64,000 nt of DNA. Origin: Thermodesulfovibrionales bacterium (GTDB lineage: Bacteria > Nitrospirota > Thermodesulfovibrionia > Thermodesulfovibrionales > Dissulfurispiraceae). The notes beneath the pieces were generated by a model. The model was not told the DNA's origin. It searched no databases and was given only the letters and a program-made list of their open reading frames with translations. The position numbers were made by a program, and so were the translations under genes. Location of the stretch: the NCBI GenBank assembly GCA_030017995.1, contig JASEGS010000002.1, positions 21,463 to 85,462 on the forward strand. Direction: 5' to 3'. This document shows, in pieces, positions 28,581 to 38,300 of the stretch (its first letter is position 1; each line of letters starts with the position of its first letter).

Positions 28581-29681
28581 GTGCAAACCTCTAAATCTAC
28601 AATACTATCAAGAACAACCCGTATCCAGAAGATAATAAAAAAAAATAAGATAGATGCCATTCTTATAAGCAATATCAGGAATATACGTTATCTCACAGGT
28701 TTTACAGGCTCGTCAGGTTTTGTTCTCATTACAGCTAACAGAAGACTATTCTTTACAGACTCCCGCTACACAGAACAGGCAGAACAGGAAATTGAAGGAT
28801 TTGAGATAGGGATGGGGAAAGGCATGAGGCCCCATTCAAAACCAATGGATACCATCCGCAGCTTAATAAGAAAAATGGGCATCAGGAACCTCGGGTTTGA
28901 GACATCTGTATCCTATGAATTCTTTGAAAACTTAAAAAAATTAAAAATAAGTCCGGTGCCTCAGAAATATATTGTTGAAAATCTCAGGAAGATTAAAGAT
29001 GATGAGGAGATAGATAATATTAAAGAGGCGATAAATAGGGCTGAAAGGGCTTTTCTAAAAGTCAAACCGAGAATAAGACGAGGAATAAGAGAAAGGAGTA
29101 TTGCTCTGAGACTTGAAGAGGAGCTAAAAAAAGGAGGATGCAGGAGCATTCCTTTTGATATAATAGTTGCCTCTGGAAAGAACTCTGCCATGCCTCATGC
29201 AAAACCTTCGGACAAAAAGATAGAAAAGGGAGATTTTGTTATAATTGACTGGGGTGGGGAGGCAAATGGATATTACTCTGATATGACGAGGACATTCCTT
29301 GTAGATGGGGGAGCCCTTTCTGAAAAGGTAAAAATATATAATATTGTAAACGAAGCAAGGAAAAGCGCCATAAGAAACATAAAGGAAGGCATTAAAACCA
29401 TGACAGTTGACAACGCCGCCAGAAACACAATAAAAAAAGCAGGGTACGGGGAATACTTCGGACACGGCACAGGACACGGCATAGGGCTTGACGTGCATGA
29501 ATATCCGCATGTGTCGTGGGCGAAAAGCGAAAAGATTCTAAACAGGATGGTTTTTACAATAGAGCCTGGAATTTATATTCCAGACATATGCGGCGTGAGA
29601 ATAGAGGACATGGTAGAAGTAAAAAACGGAAAAGCAGAACTCCTGACAACGCTCGACAGGGAACTGGAGATTATTAATTAA
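28581..29681 (+). CDS. M24 family Xaa-Pro aminopeptidase
   Basis: 366 aa. Creatinase-like N domain. Pita-bread metal ligands (DWGG..YYSDMTRT, HGTGHGIGLDVHE, EPG, IED). Confidence 0.88.
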   Translation: MQTSKSTILSRTTRIQKIIKKNKIDAILISNIRNIRYLTGFTGSSGFVLITANRRLFFTDSRYTEQAEQEIEGFEIGMGKGMRPHSKPMDTIRSLIRKMGIRNLGFETSVSYEFFENLKKLKISPVPQKYIVENLRKIKDDEEIDNIKEAINRAERAFLKVKPRIRRGIRERSIALRLEEELKKGGCRSIPFDIIVASGKNSAMPHAKPSDKKIEKGDFVIIDWGGEANGYYSDMTRTFLVDGGALSEKVKIYNIVNEARKSAIRNIKEGIKTMTVDNAARNTIKKAGYGEYFGHGTGHGIGLDVHEYPHVSWAKSEKILNRMVFTIEPGIYIPDICGVRIEDMVEVKNGKAELLTTLDRELEIIN

Positions 29682-29757
29682 CATCTATTGCAGTCTGGAT
29701 TTCAAGACCGCTTTGCTGTATACTTTTTGCTGTGTAACAAAATTTGGAGGTGTGGCA

Positions 29758-30318
29758 TTGATTACCGCTGGTGATTTCAGGAAAGGCTCAAAAATTGAAT
29801 ATAAAGGCGAGCCTTATGAAGTAGTTGACTTTCAATTCGTTAAAATGCAGCAGAGGGCTCCGATAATGAGAACAAAGATAAAGAGCCTGAAGACGGGAAG
29901 GGTGCTCGAAGAAAACTTTCCGGCAGGCGACAAGTTTGAATCTCCAGCCCTCGAAAAAAAGGAAATGCAGTATCTATATGCTCAGGACGACCTGCATTAT
30001 TTCATGGACATGGAGACTTATGAACAGGTTCCTTTGACATTAGAGCAGCTCGGCGATACAAAAAAGTTTATTAAAGAGAATATGACAGTGAGCATCCTCT
30101 ATTACAAAGGAGATCCTATAACTGTGGAGCCCCCTATGTTTGTTGAGCTGGAAGTGGCTGAAACAGAGCCTGCCTTTAAAGGAGACACAGCCTCTGGAAG
30201 CAGTAAGCCTGCAAAGCTCGAGACAGGCGCTGTTGTTAAAGTGCCTTTTCATATACAGGTAGGCGATATTTTGAAGATAGACACAAGGACCTCAGAATAT
30301 ATAGAGAAGGTAAAATAG
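29758..30318 (+). CDS. efp: elongation factor P
   Basis: I place the start at TTG 29758, 7 nt after GGAGG (29746..29750), giving MITAGDFRKGSKIEYKGEPYEVVDFQFVK. 186 aa. Confidence 0.93.
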   Translation: MITAGDFRKGSKIEYKGEPYEVVDFQFVKMQQRAPIMRTKIKSLKTGRVLEENFPAGDKFESPALEKKEMQYLYAQDDLHYFMDMETYEQVPLTLEQLGDTKKFIKENMTVSILYYKGDPITVEPPMFVELEVAETEPAFKGDTASGSSKPAKLETGAVVKVPFHIQVGDILKIDTRTSEYIEKVK

Positions 30319-30352
30319 TTAGGGACTAAGTTTTATTAGGGGTTAGGGATTA
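30318..30352. repeat. heptad-phased repeat with three TTAGGG copies
   Basis: GTTAGGG ACTAAGT TTTATTA GGGGTTA GGGATTA, starting at the last base of the efp stop codon. Confidence 0.6.
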
Positions 30353-30358
30353 GTAAAA

Positions 30359-30808
30359 ATGGAGGGCAATATGGAGCTTGATGACTTAAAGGATTTGATG
30401 GGCTTATTGAAGGATACGGACATTACAGAACTGCAGGTAGAAAAAGACGGGGTCAAGGTTAAGATAAAACGGGAAAGGTTTTTTGGTCATCTGGAAGTCC
30501 ACCCCACAGCGCCATCTGTTAAGGAAGAGAGCAAAAAAGAAGAGGTATTAGAAACAGAGAAGGGGCTTTTTACGATAACTTCTCCAATTGTGGGGACATT
30601 TTACAGGTCTCCCTCCCCTGAGGCAGAGCCATTTGTCGAAATTGGCGCAAGGGTTAAGAAGGGGCAGGTTTTGTGCATAATAGAGGCGATGAAATTACTG
30701 AATGAGATAGAGAGCGAAATTGATGGAGTTGTTACAAGGATATTGGTTGAGAATGGACACCCTGTGGAGTATGGAGAACCCCTCTTTTTGATAGAGCCTG
30801 TATCATGA
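30359..30808 (+). CDS. accB: acetyl-CoA carboxylase biotin carboxyl carrier protein
   Basis: 149 aa. Biotinyl-lysine motif [13 protein letters not shown]. Confidence 0.9.
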   Translation: MEGNMELDDLKDLMGLLKDTDITELQVEKDGVKVKIKRERFFGHLEVHPTAPSVKEESKKEEVLETEKGLFTITSPIVGTFYRSPSPEAEPFVEIGARVKKGQVLCIIEAMKLLNEIESEIDGVVTRILVENGHPVEYGEPLFLIEPVS

Positions 30809-32175
30809 AACTTTTTAGAAAGATACTCATTGCAAATCGTGGTGAAATAGCCATCAGGGTTATCAGGGCATGCAAAGAACTGGATATCAGGACAGTTGCT
30901 ATATTTTCTGATATAGAAAGGGATGCGCTCCATGCAAGGCTTGCAGACGAAGCCATATGTATCGGCCCTGCAAGTCCTTCGCAAAGCTATCTAAACATAC
31001 CGGCAATTCTTAGTGCGGCTGAACTTACAGACTCAGAGGCCATTCACCCGGGATATGGCTTTCTCTCGGAAAATTCTCATTTTGCCGAGGCGTGCGCAAC
31101 CTCAGGCATCACTTTTATTGGCCCCTCGCCTGAAAGCATAAAAATCGGCGGGGACAAATCAAAGGCAAGGCAGGTAATGAAAAGGCGGGGGATTCCGGTG
31201 GTTCCCGGCAGTGACGGTCCTGTGTCTACAGAGGAAATGGCTGTTAGAATAGCAAAGAAGATAGAATTCCCTGTAATATTGAAGGCTTCAGCCGGTGGCG
31301 GTGGAAGAGGCATGAGGGTAGTCGGGGAAGAGAAGGAGCTTTCACAGGCGTTTCATATGGCCCAAAGGGAGTCTTTTTCAGCCTTTGGCAGTGGTGAGCT
31401 TTATCTGGAAAAATATCTTCCATCCATAAGACATGTGGAAGTTCAGATCATCTCTGACGGCAAGGGGAATATTGTCCACCTTGGTGAAAGGGATTGTTCA
31501 ATACAGAGGAGGCATCAGAAACTCATAGAAGAGGCGCCTTCGCCTCTGTCAACAGAGAAATTCCGCAAGAGAATAGGCGAGCTTGCTGTGCGTGCCGCAA
31601 GGGCGATGAAGTATAAAAACGTTGGCACTATAGAATTTATTGTTGATGAAGATCAGACTATTTATTTTATGGAGGTCAATACGAGGGTTCAGGTGGAGCA
31701 TCCTGTCACAGAGGAACTTACAGGCATTGACATAATTAAAGAGCAGATAAATATAGCTGCCGGCTTGCTATTGTCTTTAAAACAGAATCAGATAAAGTTT
31801 TCAGGTCATGCAATTGAATGCAGAATAAATGCCGAAGACCCTGAAAGGTTCATCCCTTCACCGGGCAGGATCTCTCTTTTCCTTCCCCCAGGCGGTCCCG
31901 GAGTGAGAGTTGATACAGCAGCATATACTGGCTGGACAGTCCCTTCGCAGTACGATTCCATGATTGCCAAGCTGATAGTCCACGCTAAAAACAGAGAGGA
32001 TGCCATAGCCAAGATGAAGACCGCGCTGGACGGCTTTGTAATCGAAGGGATAAAAACCACCATACCGTTCCATAAAAAGATTTTAAACCATCTTGATTTT
32101 GTAATGGGTGATTTTGATACCCACTTTTTAGAAAGGATAAACGAGCAGGGCAATACCGGCAAGTCGCCGAGCTAA
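30805..32175 (+). CDS. accC: acetyl-CoA carboxylase biotin carboxylase subunit
   Basis: 456 aa. [24 protein letters not shown]-like [15 protein letters not shown]. Confidence 0.96.
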   Translation: MKLFRKILIANRGEIAIRVIRACKELDIRTVAIFSDIERDALHARLADEAICIGPASPSQSYLNIPAILSAAELTDSEAIHPGYGFLSENSHFAEACATSGITFIGPSPESIKIGGDKSKARQVMKRRGIPVVPGSDGPVSTEEMAVRIAKKIEFPVILKASAGGGGRGMRVVGEEKELSQAFHMAQRESFSAFGSGELYLEKYLPSIRHVEVQIISDGKGNIVHLGERDCSIQRRHQKLIEEAPSPLSTEKFRKRIGELAVRAARAMKYKNVGTIEFIVDEDQTIYFMEVNTRVQVEHPVTEELTGIDIIKEQINIAAGLLLSLKQNQIKFSGHAIECRINAEDPERFIPSPGRISLFLPPGGPGVRVDTAAYTGWTVPSQYDSMIAKLIVHAKNREDAIAKMKTALDGFVIEGIKTTIPFHKKILNHLDFVMGDFDTHFLERINEQGNTGKSPS

Positions 32176-32186
32176 AGTCTATAACG

Positions 32187-32792
32187 ATGTTGTTGAAGTG
32201 CGGGAAGGTATGTGTTATTGCCGGATCATCAATGGAAAATTCTATCTCGATCCTTCTGGAAACCGGAATAAAGTGGGTTCAGTATAGGGAAAAGAATAGA
32301 ACAAGAAGAGGTATCTTTTATGAGGCTGTTAAATTAAGAGAGCTTACAAAAAAGTTTAACGCATGCCTGATAATAAATGACCATGCGGATATCGCACTTG
32401 CAGCAGACGCTGATGGAGTTCATCTGGGACAGTGCGACCTCCCGATAAGAGAAGCAAGAAAGATAGTAGGGCATGATAAAATTATCGGGGTATCAACCCA
32501 TAGTCTTTCAGAGGCGCTGGAGGCTGAGAGAGAAGGGGCTGATTATATAGGCTTTGGCTCGGTATTCCATACAGACACAAAGGAAGATATAATAATTCAA
32601 GGGGTCGATGCATTAAGAGAGGTAACAAACTCGGTAAAAATCCCTGTCATAGCGATCGGCGGAATAAATCCAGATAATGTAAAATCTGTCTTTGATACCG
32701 GATGTTATGGAGTTGCGGTATCATCAGGATTCTTAAAAGGCGATATAAAAGAGAATGCAAGAAGGTTTTTAGGTGTGATAAAGGAGGCTTAG
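32187..32792 (+). CDS. thiE: thiamine-phosphate synthase
   Basis: 201 aa. IKWVQYREK, DGVHLGQCD, IGVSTHS, IAIGGI. Confidence 0.85.
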   Translation: MLLKCGKVCVIAGSSMENSISILLETGIKWVQYREKNRTRRGIFYEAVKLRELTKKFNACLIINDHADIALAADADGVHLGQCDLPIREARKIVGHDKIIGVSTHSLSEALEAEREGADYIGFGSVFHTDTKEDIIIQGVDALREVTNSVKIPVIAIGGINPDNVKSVFDTGCYGVAVSSGFLKGDIKENARRFLGVIKEA

Positions 32793-32794
32793 GG

Positions 32795-33910
32795 ATGAGA
32801 CGAATTACCATCTTTTTAATTACTGTTTTTTCCCTGACAATAGTCATTTCAGGCTGTAGAAAGAAGGAAGATGTCATTAAAATAGGCATTGCAGGGCCAA
32901 TGACCGGGGCTCAGGCAAAGATGGGAACCGATTTTAAAAACGGAGTTGCCCTCGCAGTTGAGGAATGGAACAACAAGGGCGGCATCCTCGGCAAAAAAAT
33001 AGAAATAATAGTCGGAGACGATGCGGCTGATCCAAAACAGGCAGTATCAGTGGCGAATAAACTTGTCAACGAAGGCGCAGCCGGTATAATAGGCCATTTC
33101 AATTCCAGTTGCTCAATACCTGCCTCAGATGTCTATAACAGGGCGGGCATTCCTATGATAACCCCTGCCTCCACTAATCCGCGGCTTACAGAAAGGGGAT
33201 ATAAAGGGGTTTTCAGGGTTTGTGGGAGAGACGACCAGCAGGGATTGATAGCTGCCGGGTTTTTAAAGAATAAGTTGAAAATCAAAAGGATTGCTATAAT
33301 CCATGACAAGACCACATATGGGCAGGGACTTGCGGATGAATTCAAAAAACATTTAGGCAGCAACGCAGAGATTATTTATTACGGAGGCATAACTCAGGGA
33401 GATAAAGATTTCAAGACCGTTCTTACATCTATTAAAGAAAAAAAACCTGAGATTGTCTATTTTGGAGGCATATATCCAGAGGCGGGTCTTCTTGTGAAAC
33501 AGTCAAGGGAGATAAACCTTACAGCGCCATTTATGAGTGGAGATGGAAGCATAGACCCTAAATTTATAGAGATAGCAGGAGACAAGGCCGCAGAGGGAAC
33601 ATATCTTACATTCAGTCCTGATCCGAAAAACATACCGGCGGCAAAGGGCTTTATAGAAAAATATAATGCCAGACATGGCGAATTGGGGCCTTATTCCATT
33701 TATGCCTATGACGCGATAAACATTATGCTCAGCGCCATAAAAGAGGCAAATACGACAGAAGGCAAGGCAGTGATCGAGAAACTCCATTCAATGGAGTTTT
33801 CTGGCTCGTTTGGGAAAATAAAATTTACGGATAAGGGAGATGTGGCAGACTCTCCTTATGTCGTCTGGATCACAAAGAACGGCAAATTCGAGGAATATTG
33901 GAAGCCGTAA
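32795..33910 (+). CDS. branched-chain amino acid ABC transporter substrate-binding lipoprotein (LivJ/K-like)
   Basis: ATG at 32795 after AAGGAGG. Lipobox ISGC. IKIGIAGPMTG...GHFNSS pattern of type I periplasmic binding proteins. Confidence 0.85.
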   Translation: MRRITIFLITVFSLTIVISGCRKKEDVIKIGIAGPMTGAQAKMGTDFKNGVALAVEEWNNKGGILGKKIEIIVGDDAADPKQAVSVANKLVNEGAAGIIGHFNSSCSIPASDVYNRAGIPMITPASTNPRLTERGYKGVFRVCGRDDQQGLIAAGFLKNKLKIKRIAIIHDKTTYGQGLADEFKKHLGSNAEIIYYGGITQGDKDFKTVLTSIKEKKPEIVYFGGIYPEAGLLVKQSREINLTAPFMSGDGSIDPKFIEIAGDKAAEGTYLTFSPDPKNIPAAKGFIEKYNARHGELGPYSIYAYDAINIMLSAIKEANTTEGKAVIEKLHSMEFSGSFGKIKFTDKGDVADSPYVVWITKNGKFEEYWKP

Positions 33911-33912
33911 AT

Positions 33913-33942
33913 TTGACTTTATAAGTCTCTAAAACTTATAAT
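33913..33942 (+). promoter_or_regulatory. sigma70-type promoter candidate for rpmH
   Basis: TTGACT (33913..33918), 18-nt spacer, TATAAT (33937..33942). Confidence 0.55.
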
Positions 33943-33986
33943 CTCTTTTCCAAAATTTTACAGGAAAAGATTACGGAGGTTTTAAT

Positions 33987-34127
33987 ATGGGAACATATAC
34001 GACATATCATCCACATAAAGGCAGAAGGAAAAGGACGCACGGTTTTCTTACGAGGATGAGCACAAATGGCGGCAGGAGAATCGTAAAGAAGAGAAGGGCA
34101 AAGGGAAGGAAGAGGCTTTCTGCATAG
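33987..34127 (+). CDS. rpmH: 50S ribosomal protein L34
   Basis: 46 aa, below the ORF-track cutoff. [46 protein letters not shown] matches the L34 pattern. GGAGG RBS. Confidence 0.9.
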   Translation: MGTYTTYHPHKGRRKRTHGFLTRMSTNGGRRIVKKRRAKGRKRLSA

Positions 34128-34140
34128 AAAGCTTGCTGGA

Positions 34141-34353
34141 TTGTTTAGGGCATTACTGATAGGACTGTTAAGGCTTTACAAATACGCTGTTTCACCTTTG
34201 TTGCCTTCGAGCTGCAGGTTTACACCTTCATGCGCTGAATATTCCATGGAGGCGATTAAAAGATATGGTTTATTAAAGGGTTGTTATCTTTCCTTTAAAA
34301 GAATTCTGAAGTGTCATCCGTTTCATCCGGGTGGATACGACCCCGTTAAATGA
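34141..34353 (+). CDS. yidD: membrane protein insertion efficiency factor YidD
   Basis: 70 aa. [31 protein letters not shown]...[12 protein letters not shown]. Confidence 0.9.
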   Translation: MFRALLIGLLRLYKYAVSPLLPSSCRFTPSCAEYSMEAIKRYGLLKGCYLSFKRILKCHPFHPGGYDPVK

Positions 34354-34416
34354 ATAGCGAGCGTATTCCATGCAGCTTGCTGCACGGAATCTTCAATAAG
34401 AGTTAGGAGTTAAGAA

Positions 34417-35961
34417 ATGGAAAAAAGGATGCTGTTGGCCATAATAATCTCCATTGCAATACTGATAACATATCAGTATCTTGCTGTAAAGGATACTCCA
34501 CTGGTGACAAGAGAAGAGACTGTTAAGGAAGACAGTGTGGATAAAGATAAAAAAGAGATCCCCCATGTTAATAAGAAGGCAGCAGAGGTTCCAACTGCTC
34601 CGGCTCCTAAAACTGATATTTCTGTTGAAAAAGAGATAAAAGTAGAAGGTGAATTGTATGCCGCTGTCTTTTCAACAAAGGGCGGCACAATGAAGAGAAT
34701 TGAATTAAAAAAACACAAAGATAAAGCAGGCAACATAATAGTCTTAAAGGGGGACAATCTTTTGCTTCCTCTTTCTATAGGTTCAGATGATAGTTTTCAG
34801 CTATCAGGCGTTAATTTTGCAACTAACGCAAAAGATATAAGGCTCGATTCTTCTGCAAAGACAGCAACCCTTGTATTTGAACATTCATCAGCCGGGCATT
34901 CCATCCGGAGGACATATAGTTTTTATAACGATAACTATGGAATAGATTTAAAGGATGAGGTCAGCGGATTGGATTCATATTGGATAACCACGGGAAAAGA
35001 CTTTGGGATTTATGAGAAGGATGACTCTGAGCATTTCGGTCCTGTTGTTCTTAAAGATGCTGAAAGAATGGAATTTACTGAGAAAAAGCTAAAGGAATCG
35101 AAAAGTTTTAAAGAAGGAGTTAAATGGATTGCGCAGGAAGACAAATACTTCTTCTCCTCTATCGTCCCCAGATCGCCGATAGCAGAAACAAAGGTGTGGA
35201 GTAAAAACGGTGATGCGCTTGCAGCGATTAAGTTAGGCGCTGGAACTAACAAATACTTGATATATGCAGGGCCTAAAGAATATGACAGGTTAAAGAAATT
35301 CGGCGTCGGTCTTGAGCATATAGTCGATTTCGGTTTTTTCTCAATACTGGCGAGGCCTCTGTTTTGGCTGATGAAGCTTTTTTATAATGTATTGCCGAAC
35401 TATGGGATAGCAATTATTATTTTAACTATAATTGTCAGAATTCCTTTCATTCCTTTGATCAATAAAGGGCAGAAATCCATGAAAAGATTGCAGGAGATTC
35501 AGCCAAAGATGGCCGAGATAAAGGAAAAATATAAGAATGATCCACAGAGGATGCAGAGGGAGACTATGGAGCTGTACAAGAAACACAAGGTAAACCCTGT
35601 TGGCGGTTGTCTTCCGATGCTCCTTCAGATACCTGTATTCTTTGCCTTATATAAGGTTTTGCTTATAGCCATAGAGTTGAGAGGGTCGCCATTTATGCTA
35701 TGGATAAAAGACCTCTCTGCAAAAGACCCATATTATATACTGCCGATAGTTATGGGTGTAACAATGGTAATTCAGCAAAAAATGACACCTTCTGCTATGG
35801 AACCTACACAGCAGAAGATAATGATGATACTGCCGGTGGTCTTCACATTTATGTTTTTGACCTTTCCATCGGGTCTTGTCCTTTACTGGCTTGTGAACAA
35901 TGTCCTCAGCATCGCTCAGCAGTTCTACATGAACAAACAACTGGCAAGGCAGTCTGCTTGA
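34417..35961 (+). CDS. yidC: membrane protein insertase YidC
   Basis: 514 aa. N-terminal anchor, large periplasmic domain, 60-kDa insertase core (NYGIAIIILTIIVR, GCLPMLLQIPVFFALY, VLYWLVNN). Confidence 0.93.
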   Translation: MEKRMLLAIIISIAILITYQYLAVKDTPLVTREETVKEDSVDKDKKEIPHVNKKAAEVPTAPAPKTDISVEKEIKVEGELYAAVFSTKGGTMKRIELKKHKDKAGNIIVLKGDNLLLPLSIGSDDSFQLSGVNFATNAKDIRLDSSAKTATLVFEHSSAGHSIRRTYSFYNDNYGIDLKDEVSGLDSYWITTGKDFGIYEKDDSEHFGPVVLKDAERMEFTEKKLKESKSFKEGVKWIAQEDKYFFSSIVPRSPIAETKVWSKNGDALAAIKLGAGTNKYLIYAGPKEYDRLKKFGVGLEHIVDFGFFSILARPLFWLMKLFYNVLPNYGIAIIILTIIVRIPFIPLINKGQKSMKRLQEIQPKMAEIKEKYKNDPQRMQRETMELYKKHKVNPVGGCLPMLLQIPVFFALYKVLLIAIELRGSPFMLWIKDLSAKDPYYILPIVMGVTMVIQQKMTPSAMEPTQQKIMMILPVVFTFMFLTFPSGLVLYWLVNNVLSIAQQFYMNKQLARQSA

Positions 35962-36096
35962 TATAAAATTATTGTTTCAGATAAGCTATTAACAATAAAG
36001 GGGAGTAGCTGGACAGCGGACATCGTCAGCACATCTGCAATAGGCAGGTCGGTGCCTCTGGTTAGTGAGTAATAAGACTAAACTAACTAATAAGCA

Positions 36097-36165
36097 AGAC
36101 CTTTACCGCAAAGAGTATTTATTATAAAATAAATGATAAGTATTCTTTGCGGTAAAGGTCTTTTG
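36097..36165 (+). terminator. long-stem terminator-like hairpin after yidC
   Basis: AGACCTTTACCGCAAAGAGTAT ... ATTCTTTGCGGTAAAGGTCT followed by TTTTG. Confidence 0.55.
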
Positions 36166-36255
36166 TATTTAGTTTTTCGATTTATGATTTTAGAATTTTA
36201 AAATCCGCGACATTGTTAGCCATTCGGTATAGGCAGAAGAAGGATGATATAATAT

Positions 36256-37293
36256 ATGAATAAAATGATGAAAAATCTATATAGAATCGTTGCAATTATA
36301 GGAGCAATCTTAACGATGACGTCGGCAGAAGGAGGACAAGAGAACCCTTTCACATCCGAAATCCGCATAGAGCCGAGCAAGTGTATGCTTTCTCCCGGAG
36401 AGTCATTTTATCTGACAGTATGGTGGTATCGAACCTGCTATTGCCCAAGTGATTATTTCAAGATACTCTACAAGAACGAATCTATTGGCGAGATCACAGA
36501 GGCAGGCAGACATGCCGAACCCTATTGGACAATGTGCGGTTCTAATTGTTGGGAAACAGATACACAAAACCTTCAAGCGCCAACTGAGTATGGAACATAT
36601 ACTGTAAAAGCTGTACACTGCTCAGGACATGGAGAGGAGTGGTGTGGATATTACAATGTAAATTGGAATTGTCCGCGTTCTGATGGTGGATTCATCGGTT
36701 ATACCCCTGATGAGCTATCATGGGATTTTTATGAGATAGCGGCAACATCCAAGATAAGTGTAGGTTGTGCTACTGCATTAAGTGTTCCATTAGGCAAACA
36801 GTGTGATTCTCCATGGGGGACAGATACTTATGATCGTACTGCATCAAATATATGTAACGAAGGTTGCGCTTTAACATCAGCGGTGATGGTTTTAAGATAC
36901 TACGGTGTTGCCACAGGTATTGATGGAAAAGAGGTAAACCCGAGGAATTTAAATGAGTGGCTTAAGAGTCAATCTGATGGGTATGATGGAGGTAGTATTA
37001 ACTGGTGGGCTGTAACTAGGTATTCTAAGGTAACTATGTATTCTAAGGATAGAGTAATATTTAATGGTCGTCTAAATAGGCGCGATGATAAGACGCTAAA
37101 CAATGATCTCTGCGAGGGAAAGCCAGTAATACTTAAAGTGCCAACAAAGAAAGGGCATTTTGTCGTTGCAACAGGAACTATGTGTGTAGACAATGAGATA
37201 ACATGGAGTATTAATGACCCTGCTTATGATATAACAACTTTACAAGGTTATGATAATAAATACCTTGGTCTGAGAAGATTTAAACCAAATTAG
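36256..37293 (+). CDS. secreted Cys-rich protein with C-terminal C39-like (papain-fold) peptidase domain
   Basis: 345 aa. Signal peptide. CNEGCALTSAVMVLRYYG (candidate nucleophile), GHFVVATG (His), INDPAY (Asp). Visibly AT-richer codons than the flanking genes. Confidence 0.5.
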   Translation: MNKMMKNLYRIVAIIGAILTMTSAEGGQENPFTSEIRIEPSKCMLSPGESFYLTVWWYRTCYCPSDYFKILYKNESIGEITEAGRHAEPYWTMCGSNCWETDTQNLQAPTEYGTYTVKAVHCSGHGEEWCGYYNVNWNCPRSDGGFIGYTPDELSWDFYEIAATSKISVGCATALSVPLGKQCDSPWGTDTYDRTASNICNEGCALTSAVMVLRYYGVATGIDGKEVNPRNLNEWLKSQSDGYDGGSINWWAVTRYSKVTMYSKDRVIFNGRLNRRDDKTLNNDLCEGKPVILKVPTKKGHFVVATGTMCVDNEITWSINDPAYDITTLQGYDNKYLGLRRFKPN

Positions 37294-37306
37294 AGAGGAT
37301 AATAAA

Positions 37307-38128
37307 ATGAGAAAATTCAGATTATTTATAATCATAGCGATGTTTATCGTTTTAGTTAATCAGATATATGCTAAAGACATTGAAAGGCTTGGTGGGATTA
37401 GAATCGGGGTAGGACCTTTTTCTACAGAGTCAGTGGAGGCCATTGCTCAATTTCTTATAAGGGACCCTTTAGGGCGACAGACGGGTCTTGATATTTCCAC
37501 CGGGTCAATTTTAGAAGAAATACCAAATACAGACTATGCAGATGATGGCATTAGTGGTGAAAGATGGGTTAGTTATTTGTACACACCCGAGAATGGTACA
37601 TATGAAGTCAGCGTTATAGGAACGGGGTCGGGGAGATATTCTTTAAGCGTTTTTGGATATGATATGAAAGAGATACCATCCACTCAAGAAAAGATTGGCA
37701 CTACCTATCATGGCAAAATAGACAACTACGAAATCACCTATTCCTCAGATCCTAGCTCTCAAGTACAGGTCAAGTTTACAGGAAGTTCAGAGATTCCTGT
37801 ATTTGATGGAAAAGGGCAGAAACCCACAGATGTGAATAAGTTTCTTCAGTATTTCAATCCTAATCAGGCAAGAACTGAATTGCCTGCTGGCACCAACAGT
37901 TTTAATCTGAGTATCATATATGGCAATACTATAAAACGGGAGACATTTAATGCCGAACTTAATGGCAATAATATAACCACTAAGTTTGACCCACTTCCCG
38001 GCAAGCTCGAAATAGTAAAAATTCCTCTTATTCAAGGAACCAACACCTTGATCCTTTCAATAAAAGGTGTGAGGACTGATGAAAAAATTGCGGAGGATAC
38101 AGACAGGCTTGTATTTATTGTTCCGTGA
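37307..38128 (+). CDS. secreted hypothetical protein
   Basis: 273 aa. Signal peptide MRKFRLFIIIAMFIVLVNQIYA. Beta-rich. No family recognised. Starts 13 nt after the preceding gene. Confidence 0.5.
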   Translation: MRKFRLFIIIAMFIVLVNQIYAKDIERLGGIRIGVGPFSTESVEAIAQFLIRDPLGRQTGLDISTGSILEEIPNTDYADDGISGERWVSYLYTPENGTYEVSVIGTGSGRYSLSVFGYDMKEIPSTQEKIGTTYHGKIDNYEITYSSDPSSQVQVKFTGSSEIPVFDGKGQKPTDVNKFLQYFNPNQARTELPAGTNSFNLSIIYGNTIKRETFNAELNGNNITTKFDPLPGKLEIVKIPLIQGTNTLILSIKGVRTDEKIAEDTDRLVFIVP

Positions 38129-38218
38129 AGCAGTTTGGAAAATCATTAGGGAAAAGAAAGGCAGGTTGCACAAAGGACACGTTCTATTTAAAAAGATGTC
38201 CGCAACAAACGGCTAACA

Positions 38219-38263
38219 CGTTGCAAAAATAATGTTCAAACACTTCTGGTTTCTTTTGCAACG
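38219..38263. promoter_or_regulatory. 10-bp perfect inverted repeat upstream of htpX (possible operator)
   Basis: CGTTGCAAAA N25 TTTTGCAACG. Further GTTGCA/TGCAAC-like half sites lie near 38165 and 38201. Confidence 0.25.
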
Positions 38264-38300
38264 GATACGAAATCAGCAATTTAAAAGAGGAGGTTAAGAT

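Noticed and set aside
30318-30352. TTAGGG x3 as a telomere-like sequence
   Set aside because: It is a 35-nt internal run between two co-oriented housekeeping genes. It fits the local heptad-repeat phenomenon and gives no sign of a replicon end.
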